Shown here piece after piece: positions 44,101-52,076 of a DNA stretch of 64,000 nucleotides. The stretch covers positions 2,208,001 through 2,272,000 of the forward strand of contig OY759729.1 of the NCBI GenBank assembly GCA_963662585.1, in the 5' to 3' direction. This stretch comes from Candidatus Cloacimonadales bacterium (GTDB taxonomy: Bacteria > Cloacimonadota > Cloacimonadia > Cloacimonadales > JAFGVF01). Numbering within the stretch: position 1 is the stretch's first letter; the number at the start of each line of letters is the position of its first letter. A model generated the notes under the pieces. It saw nothing but the letters and a program-made list of their open reading frames with translations, had not been told where the DNA came from and searched no databases. Both the position numbers and the translations under genes were made by a program.

Positions 44101-44938
44101 AACTTATTACTGGAAAGTTATTCCTTATAATGTTGTTGGTCAACCAACTGAAGGTATAGAGGTTTGGTCATTTACTACAATTCTTGACCCAACAATTGCT
44201 ATGCCTGTTACTATCGATTTCGAAGGTACTACTACTGTTCCAGCTGCCTATATTACTGCTACAAATATGTATGTCACTGGTAGTGGACACGGTAATACAC
44301 AGAATGTTCTTTATAAGAATATCTATACTGATGCTACAAGTGCTTATATTCAATTCCAATCAATGAACAATATTACAGCAACTTCTGTATTCGAATTTGA
44401 TTATAGATTTGTTCAATATGCTTCACCAAATCCTGCAACACCATTTGAAGATGATTTTGATTATCTAATCGCTAAAGTATCAACTGATAATGGTGCAACA
44501 TTCAATGCTATTGACCAAATTAATAGTGTAAATCATGTTGAATCAACAGAATTTGCTAGATATTCAATTGATATTAGTGCTTATGCTGGTCAATCTGTTA
44601 TCTTCAGATTAGATATGCCAGATGATGATGTTAATGATTATTATTTCGATATCGATAATATCTACTTTGGTCAACCTGCTGTTACAGATCCTGATGTTCC
44701 TGTTAACTTCGCAATCGCAATGGACGGTGCTTCAATAACCTTGACTTGGGATGCTGCTGCTAATGCAAACTCCTATAATATCTACGGTTGTGATACACCT
44801 GATGGTGAATTTGTAATCATCGAAGCTGTTGCTGGTACAGAACGAACATTTACAGCTACTGAATCTATGAAATTCTATAGCGTTAAAGCTTCTACTGATA
44901 CTATTGGTTCTGCTAAAAGATTAGGTAGAAGAAACTAA
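38123..44938 (+). CDS. Giant secreted adhesin-like protein (FN3, ASH/choice-of-anchor D-like and adhesin-like domains)
   Basis: ATG 38123 after GGGAG, signal peptide MKKTILAIML; many YYWKV FN3 repeats; I.N.G...L.I..I.I.G Ig-like repeats; IYLDNV jelly-roll ends; no T9SS CTD. Confidence 0.88.
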   Translation: MKKTILAIMLIILSLSYVFADSVVFSDSQSGYDYTPTVATITTADIPGGSTITDVLITTSFGSEGYIGSWYDIHLNINGTDYQNVGFLSAQSYIDLNGLGPNGLTVTATTEDLDEYGDSGTLALSVEVVYDPPAGLPDAPTLVAPTAGAVDMALNVDLEWTTGANTDHAVLYIADNASFTDADIINPATSPYTTDLANGTTYYWKVVAVSTTSVEMASAVRSFTTVLGPGNYIWQLVDSYGDGWNGAAMDVLVEDIVVLNDITFASGSYAEFVLSAEMGQTITSDFHTNGSYPSECSFKLYDYEGNLLASGNSSTPISYFVPYPGTPDAPTLESPVDGATDVTIVSDLEWSIGENTDAVILYLANNEEFTSATEVPLTGADTLYTTTTLAYNTTYYWKVKALNTVDEYETSSDVWSFTTEIDPNTPDAPTLVSPENNAINVAIDGSIEWTEGNMTDHSVLYIADNAEFTDATIVNPATSPYTSSLDLLTTYYWKVVAVGPTAIEVESSVRSFRTEYGVATVPYAENFDAYASGVQADGWITLNTTGNSSALSAVSSSYAVSAPRSYYLTNNSASTGSLIASTPRMENAGNRVRFSARGGSAGYILYVGTMTDATDDATFTRIDSLYLTNTHTQYIVELPADREVNYISFKHGLGGTYRSIYLDNVVVEEIPTAAVIEFSPESIDCGLYIVGDTTAVAQTFTVTNVGAVAAEITEITAGNASYFEVINENTLPYILEPQASMTVDVKALTAFVGTHDSYVRLKEKIDLFSFTNHDIDVTSVILSTQGDDHNDPFILNVAPQIVVNHTTTPYNTTFDFCTGSSVVYKLPLSQSKIMDISLDGTAWDTKLWVFNSFDQIDTATQSTDAWYYNDDEGSASTGGRGFVEEEKSRDRALWSKMNPSFALAGDYYIVVSGYLTNNGAFTMTINTEAIPAPVAATVPYPADDAVDLPTNFSLTWNNADYTETVDIYFGPAGSMVMVENDIDAVEEYLLSNLTPNTEYEWKVVNRNYAGETPELDVVTWSFTTIGNPPAAATYSSPSDDAVNVAVNGNLVWQAVTGAEGYRVYISTDSLFTAVTPVEQTATTYAYTGVYGTTYYWKVEPYNVVGVPTEGVNVWSFTTLANPFPEANLVFDGVRTTNQGMPMEPGAVYTTNQNIYYQSELNLEDSAITSISYLYNSYSDYTEEVDIYMGHTIKSTFADAYDWELDGMTLVFSGILTATTTEAIVTLELDTPFVYNNTDNLVVTFMAKQSGSQSYSADFYNYPVTGNRSLRVTGSTFYPLTGTIPYGTLKAYLPVTGFNYEGLAAEAVFTVNADTLTYVDQVMDAESAPQTVTISNSGIADLGIVSIAISGTNADQFILTDENTYPATIETAEIMSVQVVYAPTTDGDHTAQLVITDDQNRAIYTVELVGNSIDTNIYATDLPWNESFEGDLLGWYTIIESTTDYASITLNTTATNVQDGARAIQFYNSSDLTPNLQLITPNIVPDMGGYRLRFWMKGSANAGMILGKYDTDLQVFTAVETFAVPLTYEQTVIEFEAARANERFVFKPTFDTDYDYVYLDNVTFETTPLVPVAELNVEAIDFGEIEVATTSLAEEVSITNVGPGTLNIGNIEIIGTDAALFAWDYVEETPDMALDNGETLELTVTFTPDALGAKVATLVINDDLGRRIVLNTNSKARNTNRNANEVALTGSGWLPPQGSTCADPLPLTFPAVDVTGNTIDFVDDYSSTWISPSSSYINGDDVVYQFTLANTLLLNGTITTTGSWIGAFILEVEPNATTPAPVILQKTSTTTTLTYSNNMLPAGTYYLIISSYPSPQSIDYTINLTADALPAPAAAAGPSPADEAIDQPTSLTLAWTNANYTETIDLYFGEVGAREMALVLDDVSAVNTYAVTDLDPNTEYAWKVINRNYSGETADTLVATWTFTTIGSAPEAVTYTAPADASTNRPLSGNLTWSAATGANGYFVYLSTDNTFAGVTPVDQATTTYAYSGLDYETTYYWKVIPYNVVGQPTEGIEVWSFTTILDPTIAMPVTIDFEGTTTVPAAYITATNMYVTGSGHGNTQNVLYKNIYTDATSAYIQFQSMNNITATSVFEFDYRFVQYASPNPATPFEDDFDYLIAKVSTDNGATFNAIDQINSVNHVESTEFARYSIDISAYAGQSVIFRLDMPDDDVNDYYFDIDNIYFGQPAVTDPDVPVNFAIAMDGASITLTWDAAANANSYNIYGCDTPDGEFVIIEAVAGTERTFTATESMKFYSVKASTDTIGSAKRLGRRN

Positions 44939-44962
44939 TATAAATTAACCCTTAATTAAACT

Positions 44963-44995
44963 AAAGCCCCTGCTGATAAGCGGGGGCTTTTTTTT
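44963..44995 (+). terminator. Intrinsic terminator
   Basis: AAAGCCCCTGCT-GATA-AGCGGGGGCTTTTTTTT. Confidence 0.85.
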
Positions 44996-44997
44996 AT

Positions 44998-45175
44998 TAA
45001 CTGGGAAAGCGGGATTCCAGCCCGCTATAAGAAGTGTAAAACACTTCTTATAGTATTTAACAAGCACTTGTAAATGCTTGTTGCGGACGAGGACATCCAC
45101 ATTCCCAGTTAATAAGCCGGCAGGGATGCCAGCGCTCCCAGTTAATAAGCCGGCAGGGATGCCAGCGCTCCTAGT
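44998..45175. repeat. ACTGGG-type REP cluster
   Basis: One forward copy and three reverse copies (..TCCCAGTT). Confidence 0.85.
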
Positions 45176-45202
45176 TAAAATAAATAATTTTAAAAAAAAC
45201 AT

Positions 45203-45405
45203 TTGACAAACTTTTTTAAAATAATATTATTAGTTCAGATTTGTAAAATAATCTATTGTAATGAGTTAGGGCTGTAGGGGCTTGCACCATTAATATGCAT
45301 CACCACGCACGCTACACAATCCCCCTCAGAATATCTAACAAATTACATACAATAGTGTTTTATGCACATTACAGTATAAAACGCACATTAATTAAGGGAG
45401 AAAAT
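45203..45405 (+). promoter_or_regulatory. Putative promoter and ~170-nt structured 5' leader
   Basis: TTGACA-16-TATTAT; long interrupted stem TGTAAT..GTTAG..CTG..GGGG / CCCC..CAG..CTAAC..ATTACA with apical TGC-[ATCACCAC]-GCA. Confidence 0.6.
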
Positions 45406-48400
45406 ATGAAAAAAACGATATTAGCTCTAATGCTATTTGTTTTAAGTTTCAGCTGTATTATGGCTGAAAGTATTAATTTTTCTGATTCAAACTACGGTGC
45501 AGACAATGCACCAACAGTTTCAACAATTACAACTGCGGGTATCCCTGCAGGTTCAGAAATTACAGATATTCAAGTAACAACATCTTTCGGTTCAGTTGGA
45601 TATATAGGTGACTGGTATGATATTCATTTAAATATTAACGGAACTGATTATCCTTCTGTTGGTTGGTTATCAGCTGAAAGTTATACAGATTTAAACAACT
45701 TAGGTCCAAACGATTTAACAATTACTGCAACAACAGAAGATTTGGATGATTATGCTGATTCAAGTACACTAGTACTCAGTGTTGATGTATTCTATAATCC
45801 ACCAGCAGGTACACCTGATGAACCAACTTTAGTCTCACCTGCAAATGGTGCAACTAATGTCGCAATCGATACAAACTTAGAATGGACAACTGGTGAAAAT
45901 ACAGACCATACAGTTTTATATCTTGCAGATAATGCAGAATTTACAGGTGCAACTGTAGTTAATCCTGCTACTTCTCCATACACAACTTCATTAAATTATA
46001 GTACAACTTATTTTTGTAAAGTGGAAGCTATTGGACCAACTGATGTATCAGTTATGTCAGAAATGAGAACTTTCTCCACTGAGATTGACCCAAATACCCC
46101 AGATATGCCAGAATTAACACTCCCAAGTAATGGAGCTTTAAATGTGGCAATTGATACAAACTTAGAATGGACAAATGGTGATAATACAGATCATGCTGTT
46201 TTATATCTTGCAGATAATGCAGAATTTACAGGCGCAACTGTAGTTAATCCTGCTACTTCTCCATACACAACTTCATTAAACAATGGAACTAGCTACTTTT
46301 GGAAAGTTGTAGCTGTAGGTCCAACTGCTATTGAAGTTGAAAGTAATGTCAATAACTTCACAACTCCATTTGAAGCAATTACAGAGTTCCCATATGAACA
46401 AGGCTTTGAAATGTGGCCTCCTGCAGGCTGGGTATTAAATCCAGAATCAGGAACTGGTGCATGGCTTCAAAATAATGGTACTTCTTATGGACCAGGCTCA
46501 GCTAATATTTATGCAGGAACTTATGCTGCTATGTTTAATAACTACTCTTATTCAAATGGAACTATAGGTTCTATGGAGACACCTGAATTAGATTTATCAG
46601 GAATGACAGCTCCTCTAGTAAAGTTCTACTGGTGGAATAACGATGGTTCCTCTTCCCCTGCTCATTTGAAAGTATATACAAAAGAGTCAGAAGGTGAATG
46701 GTTATTGGTTGAAGATATTGAAGTATATGGTTCAGGAGTAACAAGTTGGGTTGAAAGTTCTAACTTAATTCCTACAGATGTTAGATTCGTAAAATTAGAA
46801 GCTGTTAGTGATTATGGGATGAAAAATACTTATGTCGATGGATTTAGAATAGAAGAAGCTCCATTGTCTCCTATCGTAGAAATTAACACAGACCCAATTG
46901 CTTTTGGTACTGTTTCTTTAAATGAAGCTTCAGATTCTGAAATAGTATCAATCAAAAATATTGGTGGTGGCACACTTAATATTACTAATATAGATATTAT
47001 CGGAACAGATGCAGATCAATTTAGCAAAACAGATAGTGAAGATTATGCTCTTACAGCTACTGAAGAGTTATTAATTGAAGTTATTTTTAATCCTACTAGT
47101 GCTGGAGAAAAAACTGCTACTTTACAAATCACTGATGATTTAACAAGAGAAGTATATGAAATAGCTCTTTCAGGTACTGGTATTGATACTAATATCTATG
47201 AAATTAATATTCCTTATACTCAAGGTTTCGAAACTGAAGAAGGATTCTTAGGTTGGACAAGTAATATTAATTCAACTAGTTCTTACGCTACATCTGATAG
47301 ATATAATGGATCAGCTAATAGTGGTACTTATTCATACAAAGTGTATAACTCAGATGATACTTCTGCTACAGCAGAATTAATATCTCCAGTTGTAGTTCCT
47401 GATATGGATGCCTATAGAGTGAGATTCTGGGCAAGAAAATCATCAACATCCAATACTCAACCATTAATAGTTGGTAAATATAATCAAGCAATGGATAGCT
47501 TCACAGCTATTGATACTCTTGATATGACTACTACTTATGCTGAATATACAGTAAATATGGCAACTCCTGTTAGAGCTAATGAAAGAATAGCTTTCCAATT
47601 TAGCTTCACAGGTACTTATCAATATATCTATATTGATGATTTAACTTTCGAAGAAGCTCCTGAAGGTGCTTTAGTAGAAATTACTCCTGATGCTCATGAT
47701 TTTGGTGAAATCTTCATAGCTAGTGAAACTTCACAGACATTCACAGTTGCTAATAATGGTGTGCTTGCTGCGGACATTACTGAAATTACTGTTCCTACAG
47801 GTTATTCTCACGAAACTGAAGTTTCATTCCCTTATACTTTAGAAGCTGGTGCATCATTTACTGTCGATGTTACCTTTGCTCCTCAAGCAGAGATGATTTA
47901 CTCAGGTAACTTAAGAGTGAAAGAAGCTGATCCTGCTAATCCTTTCGGTGGATTTAATCATGATGTTTCTCTTACAGGAACAGGTATTCCAGTTCCACAA
48001 GGAGATAATCATAATAATCCATTTATTATTACTCTAGCAGATTCTGTAACTGTTACAGGAACTACTACACCTTTCCAAACTTATTATTCATTCTGTTCAT
48101 CTCAATCTGTTGTTTATCAATTAACACTTCCAACTGATAAGTTGATGACTGTTTCTTTAGATGGAACAGCTTGGGATACAAAACTATGGATATTCAATTC
48201 TTTCCAACAAATCGATGATGCTACAAGTGCTACTACTGCCGACGCTTGGTACTACAACGATGATGAAGGTAGTGCAACAACTGGTGGAGATAGAGCTAAA
48301 TCAAGAGATAGAGCTACTTGGTCTGAAATGTTAGAAACTTATACACCTGAAGGCGTATATTATATTCTAGTTTCTGGCTATAATGCTAACAATGGTGAAT

Positions 48401-51285
48401 ATACTCTTACTGTTGAAACAGCTGATATCCCACTTCCTACTGCAGTAACTACCCCTAATCCGGCTAATGAAGCTATTGATCAACCTACAAGTCTTACTCT
48501 TAGTTGGACAAACCCAGAATATACAGATAATATCGATTTATATTTTGGAACTCCTGACAATATGACATTAGTCTTAGATAATGTTATAGCTGTTGAAGAG
48601 CATCAAGTAACTGATTTAGATCCAAGTACTGTGTATAATTGGAAAGTCATTGCTCGTAATATTTCCGGAGATACTCCTGAAGTAGATGTTTTAACATGGT
48701 CATTTACTACTATTGGTAATGCTCCTGAAGCTACTACTTATACAACTCCTGCAGATGAAGCTACTGACAGACCTATTGCAGGAAACTTAACTTGGTCAGC
48801 TGCTACAGGTGCTAACGGTTATTTCGTTTACTTATCAACAGATGAAACATTTGCTGATGTAACTCCTCAAGATCAAGCTGCAACTACTTATGCTTATAGT
48901 GGATTAGCTTATGAAACAACTTACTACTGGAAAGTTATTCCTTATAATGTTGTTGGTCAAGCTACTGAAGGTATAGAAGTGTGGTCATTTACAACTATTC
49001 CTGACCCTTCACTTGAATTACCAGTAATTGTTACCTTTGATGCATCAACAAGTATGCCTGCTGAAATAATAGCTAATAATATGGGAATCAGTGCAAGTCA
49101 TGGTAATAATAGTAATGGTTTATACAAGAATATCTATGGCTCATATCCTGATGCCTATGCTCAATTCCAAGTAATGAGAAATGTAGAAGCTGATACAGAG
49201 CTTAACTTCGAATATAGACTTATGGCTTTTTCAGGTTATCCTGGTGCTGCTCAAACTATTATTGAAGGCGAATATATCAGAGTTAAAGTTTCAACTGACG
49301 GTGGAGCAAACTATGATACAGCTTATGAAATCAATAGTGCAAACCATGTTGTTTCTACTGATTTTGCCAATGTAAGTGTCCCTCTTGGAGCTTATGCAGG
49401 TCAATATATTACTGTTAGATTAGAAGCTCACAGAGCTGATGGTGATTACTTTGTTGACTTTGATAACTTCTATTTCAGAGTTCCTCCAACTACTCCTCTT
49501 GTTGACTTATCAACAGAAGAAATAGATTTCGGTCAGATTGTTTTAGGAGATACTTCTGATGCTGAGACTGTTACTATTACTAATATCGGTGGTGGAACAT
49601 TAAATATATCAGGAATCGCTATCAACGGTACAAATGCTGGTGATTTTGCTTATTCAACTGCTGATGGAGCTTCTATGGCTCTTGGCTTTAATGAATCATT
49701 AACTATTGATGTAACAACTACTCCTTCAATTAGTGGTGCCTTAGTTGCTTCTTTAGATATTACTGATGATATGAATAGAAATGTTACTTCTATAGCCTTA
49801 ACTGCTTTAGGTTATGATGCAACTATTACTGGTCCATTCTTCAATGGTTTAGAGAATGAAACTGATGTATTTGGTTGGAATGTCAATCTTGAATCAACAA
49901 GTGATTATGCTACAGCAGGAAGATATAGCTCTTCTTCTTCAGCTCATTCAGGAACATACTCATTCAGAGTTTATTGCCCTAATTATGCAAGCACTAGTGC
50001 AGAATTAATCTCTCCTGTTATTACTCCTGACTTGAATGATTATAGAGTTAAATTCTATGCAAAAGGTGTTGGAACTATCGTAGTTGGTAAATATAACCAA
50101 GAAATGGATTCTTTTACTGCTATTGATACAATCTCTACACTTGCTGAATATAGCTATAATGAATATACTGTTGAATTAACAGCTGCTAGAACTAATGAAA
50201 GAATAGCTTTCCAATTTGCAACTTCTTCAACAACTTATTCATCAAAATATATCTATTTAGATGATTTAACTTTCGAAGAAATTCCGTCATCCCCTATCGC
50301 TCAACTTTCAGCTTCAGAGATTGATTTTGCTAGTGTACTAGTAAATGAAACTTCATCTGAAGATGTAACTATCACCAATGTTGGTGTTGGTGAATTGATA
50401 GTTAGTAATGTAGAAATTACTGGTGTTGATGCTGCAATGTTCGACTTTGATGAACTTACATTACCTGCTACACTTTTAGCTAATGAAATGCTAGATATCA
50501 ATGTAACATTTAGTCCTACTTCTGAGGGCGAAAAAACTGCTACATTAACTATCACTGATAATACAGATGCTAGTCCTTATACTGTTACTCTAACTGGAAC
50601 TGCTCTCTTTAATGATAATAATAATACTCCTGAAACAGCTACTGAACTTACATTGGATGTAGCTGGTGAAGAGTTTGCAATTGATATTGAAGATGATATT
50701 GACTGGTATAAATTCTACTGCGTTGCTGGAACAGAATTAAATATGTATTCAGAACGCGAAACAAGTGGAATAGATACAAAAGCTTGGTTCTATGGTCCTA
50801 AACTGGAAGATGGTTCTGATATAGTTCCTACATCATACAATACATACAATGATGATGGCCACGGTGATGTACAGTTTGAGATTAACACAACAGTCACTGA
50901 AGATGGTTGGTATTATCTCCGTGTTGCATATTATGGTGATGGCCCAACATCAGAAAGATTAACTCAAAAGCTAGCAGGAAGTAGGGCTACCACAGGTATA
51001 TATTGGTTGCATATATATCAAACATTACCAAGACCAGAAGTTCCAGTAAACTTCACTATTGCTAATGATGGTAGTTCTATAACCCTGACTTGGGAAGCTG
51101 CAACAAATGCAACATCTTATAATGTATATGCTTGTGATACACCTGATGGGGATTATGTATTTGTAGAAAATGTCGAAGGTTTAACAACTACAATTACTGC
51201 CTCAGATACAATGAAATTCTATAGAGTAAAAGGATCTAATAGTGGTGCTCCAGAAGTAGCTGCTAAAGGATTTAGAAGACAATAA
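45406..51285 (+). CDS. Giant secreted adhesin-like protein, paralog of 38123-44938
   Basis: ATG 45406 after AAGGGAG; similar signal peptide and N-domain; FN3, ASH-like and PPC-like (DIDWYKF) modules; same C-terminal module. Confidence 0.88.
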   Translation: MKKTILALMLFVLSFSCIMAESINFSDSNYGADNAPTVSTITTAGIPAGSEITDIQVTTSFGSVGYIGDWYDIHLNINGTDYPSVGWLSAESYTDLNNLGPNDLTITATTEDLDDYADSSTLVLSVDVFYNPPAGTPDEPTLVSPANGATNVAIDTNLEWTTGENTDHTVLYLADNAEFTGATVVNPATSPYTTSLNYSTTYFCKVEAIGPTDVSVMSEMRTFSTEIDPNTPDMPELTLPSNGALNVAIDTNLEWTNGDNTDHAVLYLADNAEFTGATVVNPATSPYTTSLNNGTSYFWKVVAVGPTAIEVESNVNNFTTPFEAITEFPYEQGFEMWPPAGWVLNPESGTGAWLQNNGTSYGPGSANIYAGTYAAMFNNYSYSNGTIGSMETPELDLSGMTAPLVKFYWWNNDGSSSPAHLKVYTKESEGEWLLVEDIEVYGSGVTSWVESSNLIPTDVRFVKLEAVSDYGMKNTYVDGFRIEEAPLSPIVEINTDPIAFGTVSLNEASDSEIVSIKNIGGGTLNITNIDIIGTDADQFSKTDSEDYALTATEELLIEVIFNPTSAGEKTATLQITDDLTREVYEIALSGTGIDTNIYEINIPYTQGFETEEGFLGWTSNINSTSSYATSDRYNGSANSGTYSYKVYNSDDTSATAELISPVVVPDMDAYRVRFWARKSSTSNTQPLIVGKYNQAMDSFTAIDTLDMTTTYAEYTVNMATPVRANERIAFQFSFTGTYQYIYIDDLTFEEAPEGALVEITPDAHDFGEIFIASETSQTFTVANNGVLAADITEITVPTGYSHETEVSFPYTLEAGASFTVDVTFAPQAEMIYSGNLRVKEADPANPFGGFNHDVSLTGTGIPVPQGDNHNNPFIITLADSVTVTGTTTPFQTYYSFCSSQSVVYQLTLPTDKLMTVSLDGTAWDTKLWIFNSFQQIDDATSATTADAWYYNDDEGSATTGGDRAKSRDRATWSEMLETYTPEGVYYILVSGYNANNGEYTLTVETADIPLPTAVTTPNPANEAIDQPTSLTLSWTNPEYTDNIDLYFGTPDNMTLVLDNVIAVEEHQVTDLDPSTVYNWKVIARNISGDTPEVDVLTWSFTTIGNAPEATTYTTPADEATDRPIAGNLTWSAATGANGYFVYLSTDETFADVTPQDQAATTYAYSGLAYETTYYWKVIPYNVVGQATEGIEVWSFTTIPDPSLELPVIVTFDASTSMPAEIIANNMGISASHGNNSNGLYKNIYGSYPDAYAQFQVMRNVEADTELNFEYRLMAFSGYPGAAQTIIEGEYIRVKVSTDGGANYDTAYEINSANHVVSTDFANVSVPLGAYAGQYITVRLEAHRADGDYFVDFDNFYFRVPPTTPLVDLSTEEIDFGQIVLGDTSDAETVTITNIGGGTLNISGIAINGTNAGDFAYSTADGASMALGFNESLTIDVTTTPSISGALVASLDITDDMNRNVTSIALTALGYDATITGPFFNGLENETDVFGWNVNLESTSDYATAGRYSSSSSAHSGTYSFRVYCPNYASTSAELISPVITPDLNDYRVKFYAKGVGTIVVGKYNQEMDSFTAIDTISTLAEYSYNEYTVELTAARTNERIAFQFATSSTTYSSKYIYLDDLTFEEIPSSPIAQLSASEIDFASVLVNETSSEDVTITNVGVGELIVSNVEITGVDAAMFDFDELTLPATLLANEMLDINVTFSPTSEGEKTATLTITDNTDASPYTVTLTGTALFNDNNNTPETATELTLDVAGEEFAIDIEDDIDWYKFYCVAGTELNMYSERETSGIDTKAWFYGPKLEDGSDIVPTSYNTYNDDGHGDVQFEINTTVTEDGWYYLRVAYYGDGPTSERLTQKLAGSRATTGIYWLHIYQTLPRPEVPVNFTIANDGSSITLTWEAATNATSYNVYACDTPDGDYVFVENVEGLTTTITASDTMKFYRVKGSNSGAPEVAAKGFRRQ

Positions 51286-51309
51286 AACGATTAATATAAC
51301 CAAATAAAG

Positions 51310-51340
51310 AAAAGCCCCTGCCTAAAAAGTGGGGGCTTTT
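51310..51340. terminator. Intrinsic (possibly bidirectional) terminator
   Basis: AAAAGCCCCTGC..GTGGGGGCTTTT. Confidence 0.75.
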
Positions 51341-51480
51341 AACTGGGAACGCAGGCATCTTGCCTGCACCAAGCATGAAATGCTGGGTAATCTTAAGAAG
51401 TCCAGCACCTAAGTGCAGGACGCAGGCAAGATGCCCGTATTCCTAGTTATTGCCAGCAGGGATGCTGGCGCTCCCAGTGG
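51341..51480. repeat. ACTGGG-type REPs in inverted arrangement
   Basis: ACTGGGAACGCAGGCATCTTGCCTGC forward; GCAGGCAAGATGCCCGTATTCCTAGT and GCCAGCAGGGATGCTGGCGCTCCCAGT reverse. Confidence 0.85.
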
Positions 51481-51502
51481 CGTTTCCAATAGCTCTTCCA
51501 GT

Positions 51503-51976
51503 CTATGCCTTTTCTAACAAAACCACAGCATAAGCCGTCATGCCCTTCTCTGAACCGCTAATTCCCATCCTTTCTTCAGTAGTTGCTTTAACAGATATAT
51601 CATCCAATGAGCATTCTAAATCATGAGCAATATTGTTACGCATAGCAGGAATAAAAGCTTGAAGTTTAGGCTTTTGAGCACAAATAGTAGAATCTATATT
51701 ACCTATTTTATATCCCTTTTCCTTGATAATATTCCATACCAGACGCAGAAGTATTCGGGAATCTATTCCTGCATACTCTTCTTCATTGTCTGGAAAGAGT
51801 TTACCAATATCACCAAGAGCAAGAGCCCCGATTAGGGCATCTATGATGGCATGAAGTAAGACATCAGCATCTGAATGACCTACCAAACCCAATTCAAAGG
51901 GTATATCAACTCCTCCTAAGATAAGCTTTCTCTTGGGGCCCAGTTGATGAACATCATAGCCAAATCCTATTCTCAT
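51503..51976 (-). CDS. ispF: 2-C-methyl-D-erythritol 2,4-cyclodiphosphate synthase
   Basis: MRIGFGYDVH, GHSDADVLLHA, GDIGKLFP, VKATTEE. Confidence 0.98.
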   Translation of the reverse strand: MRIGFGYDVHQLGPKRKLILGGVDIPFELGLVGHSDADVLLHAIIDALIGALALGDIGKLFPDNEEEYAGIDSRILLRLVWNIIKEKGYKIGNIDSTICAQKPKLQAFIPAMRNNIAHDLECSLDDISVKATTEERMGISGSEKGMTAYAVVLLEKA

Positions 51977-52076
51977 AATCTTTTCCTCTTCTTAATAATT
52001 ATTTCAACAAGATTAAATGACTAATATTAATTGTCAAGAAGAGAAGATTTTTACCTCAAAAGCAGAAAGAAAAGAG

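Noticed and set aside
38123..51285. Diversity-generating retroelement or invertase-based shufflon explaining the adhesin repeats
   Set aside because: No reverse transcriptase or site-specific recombinase in the window, and differences between repeats look like ordinary, largely synonymous changes
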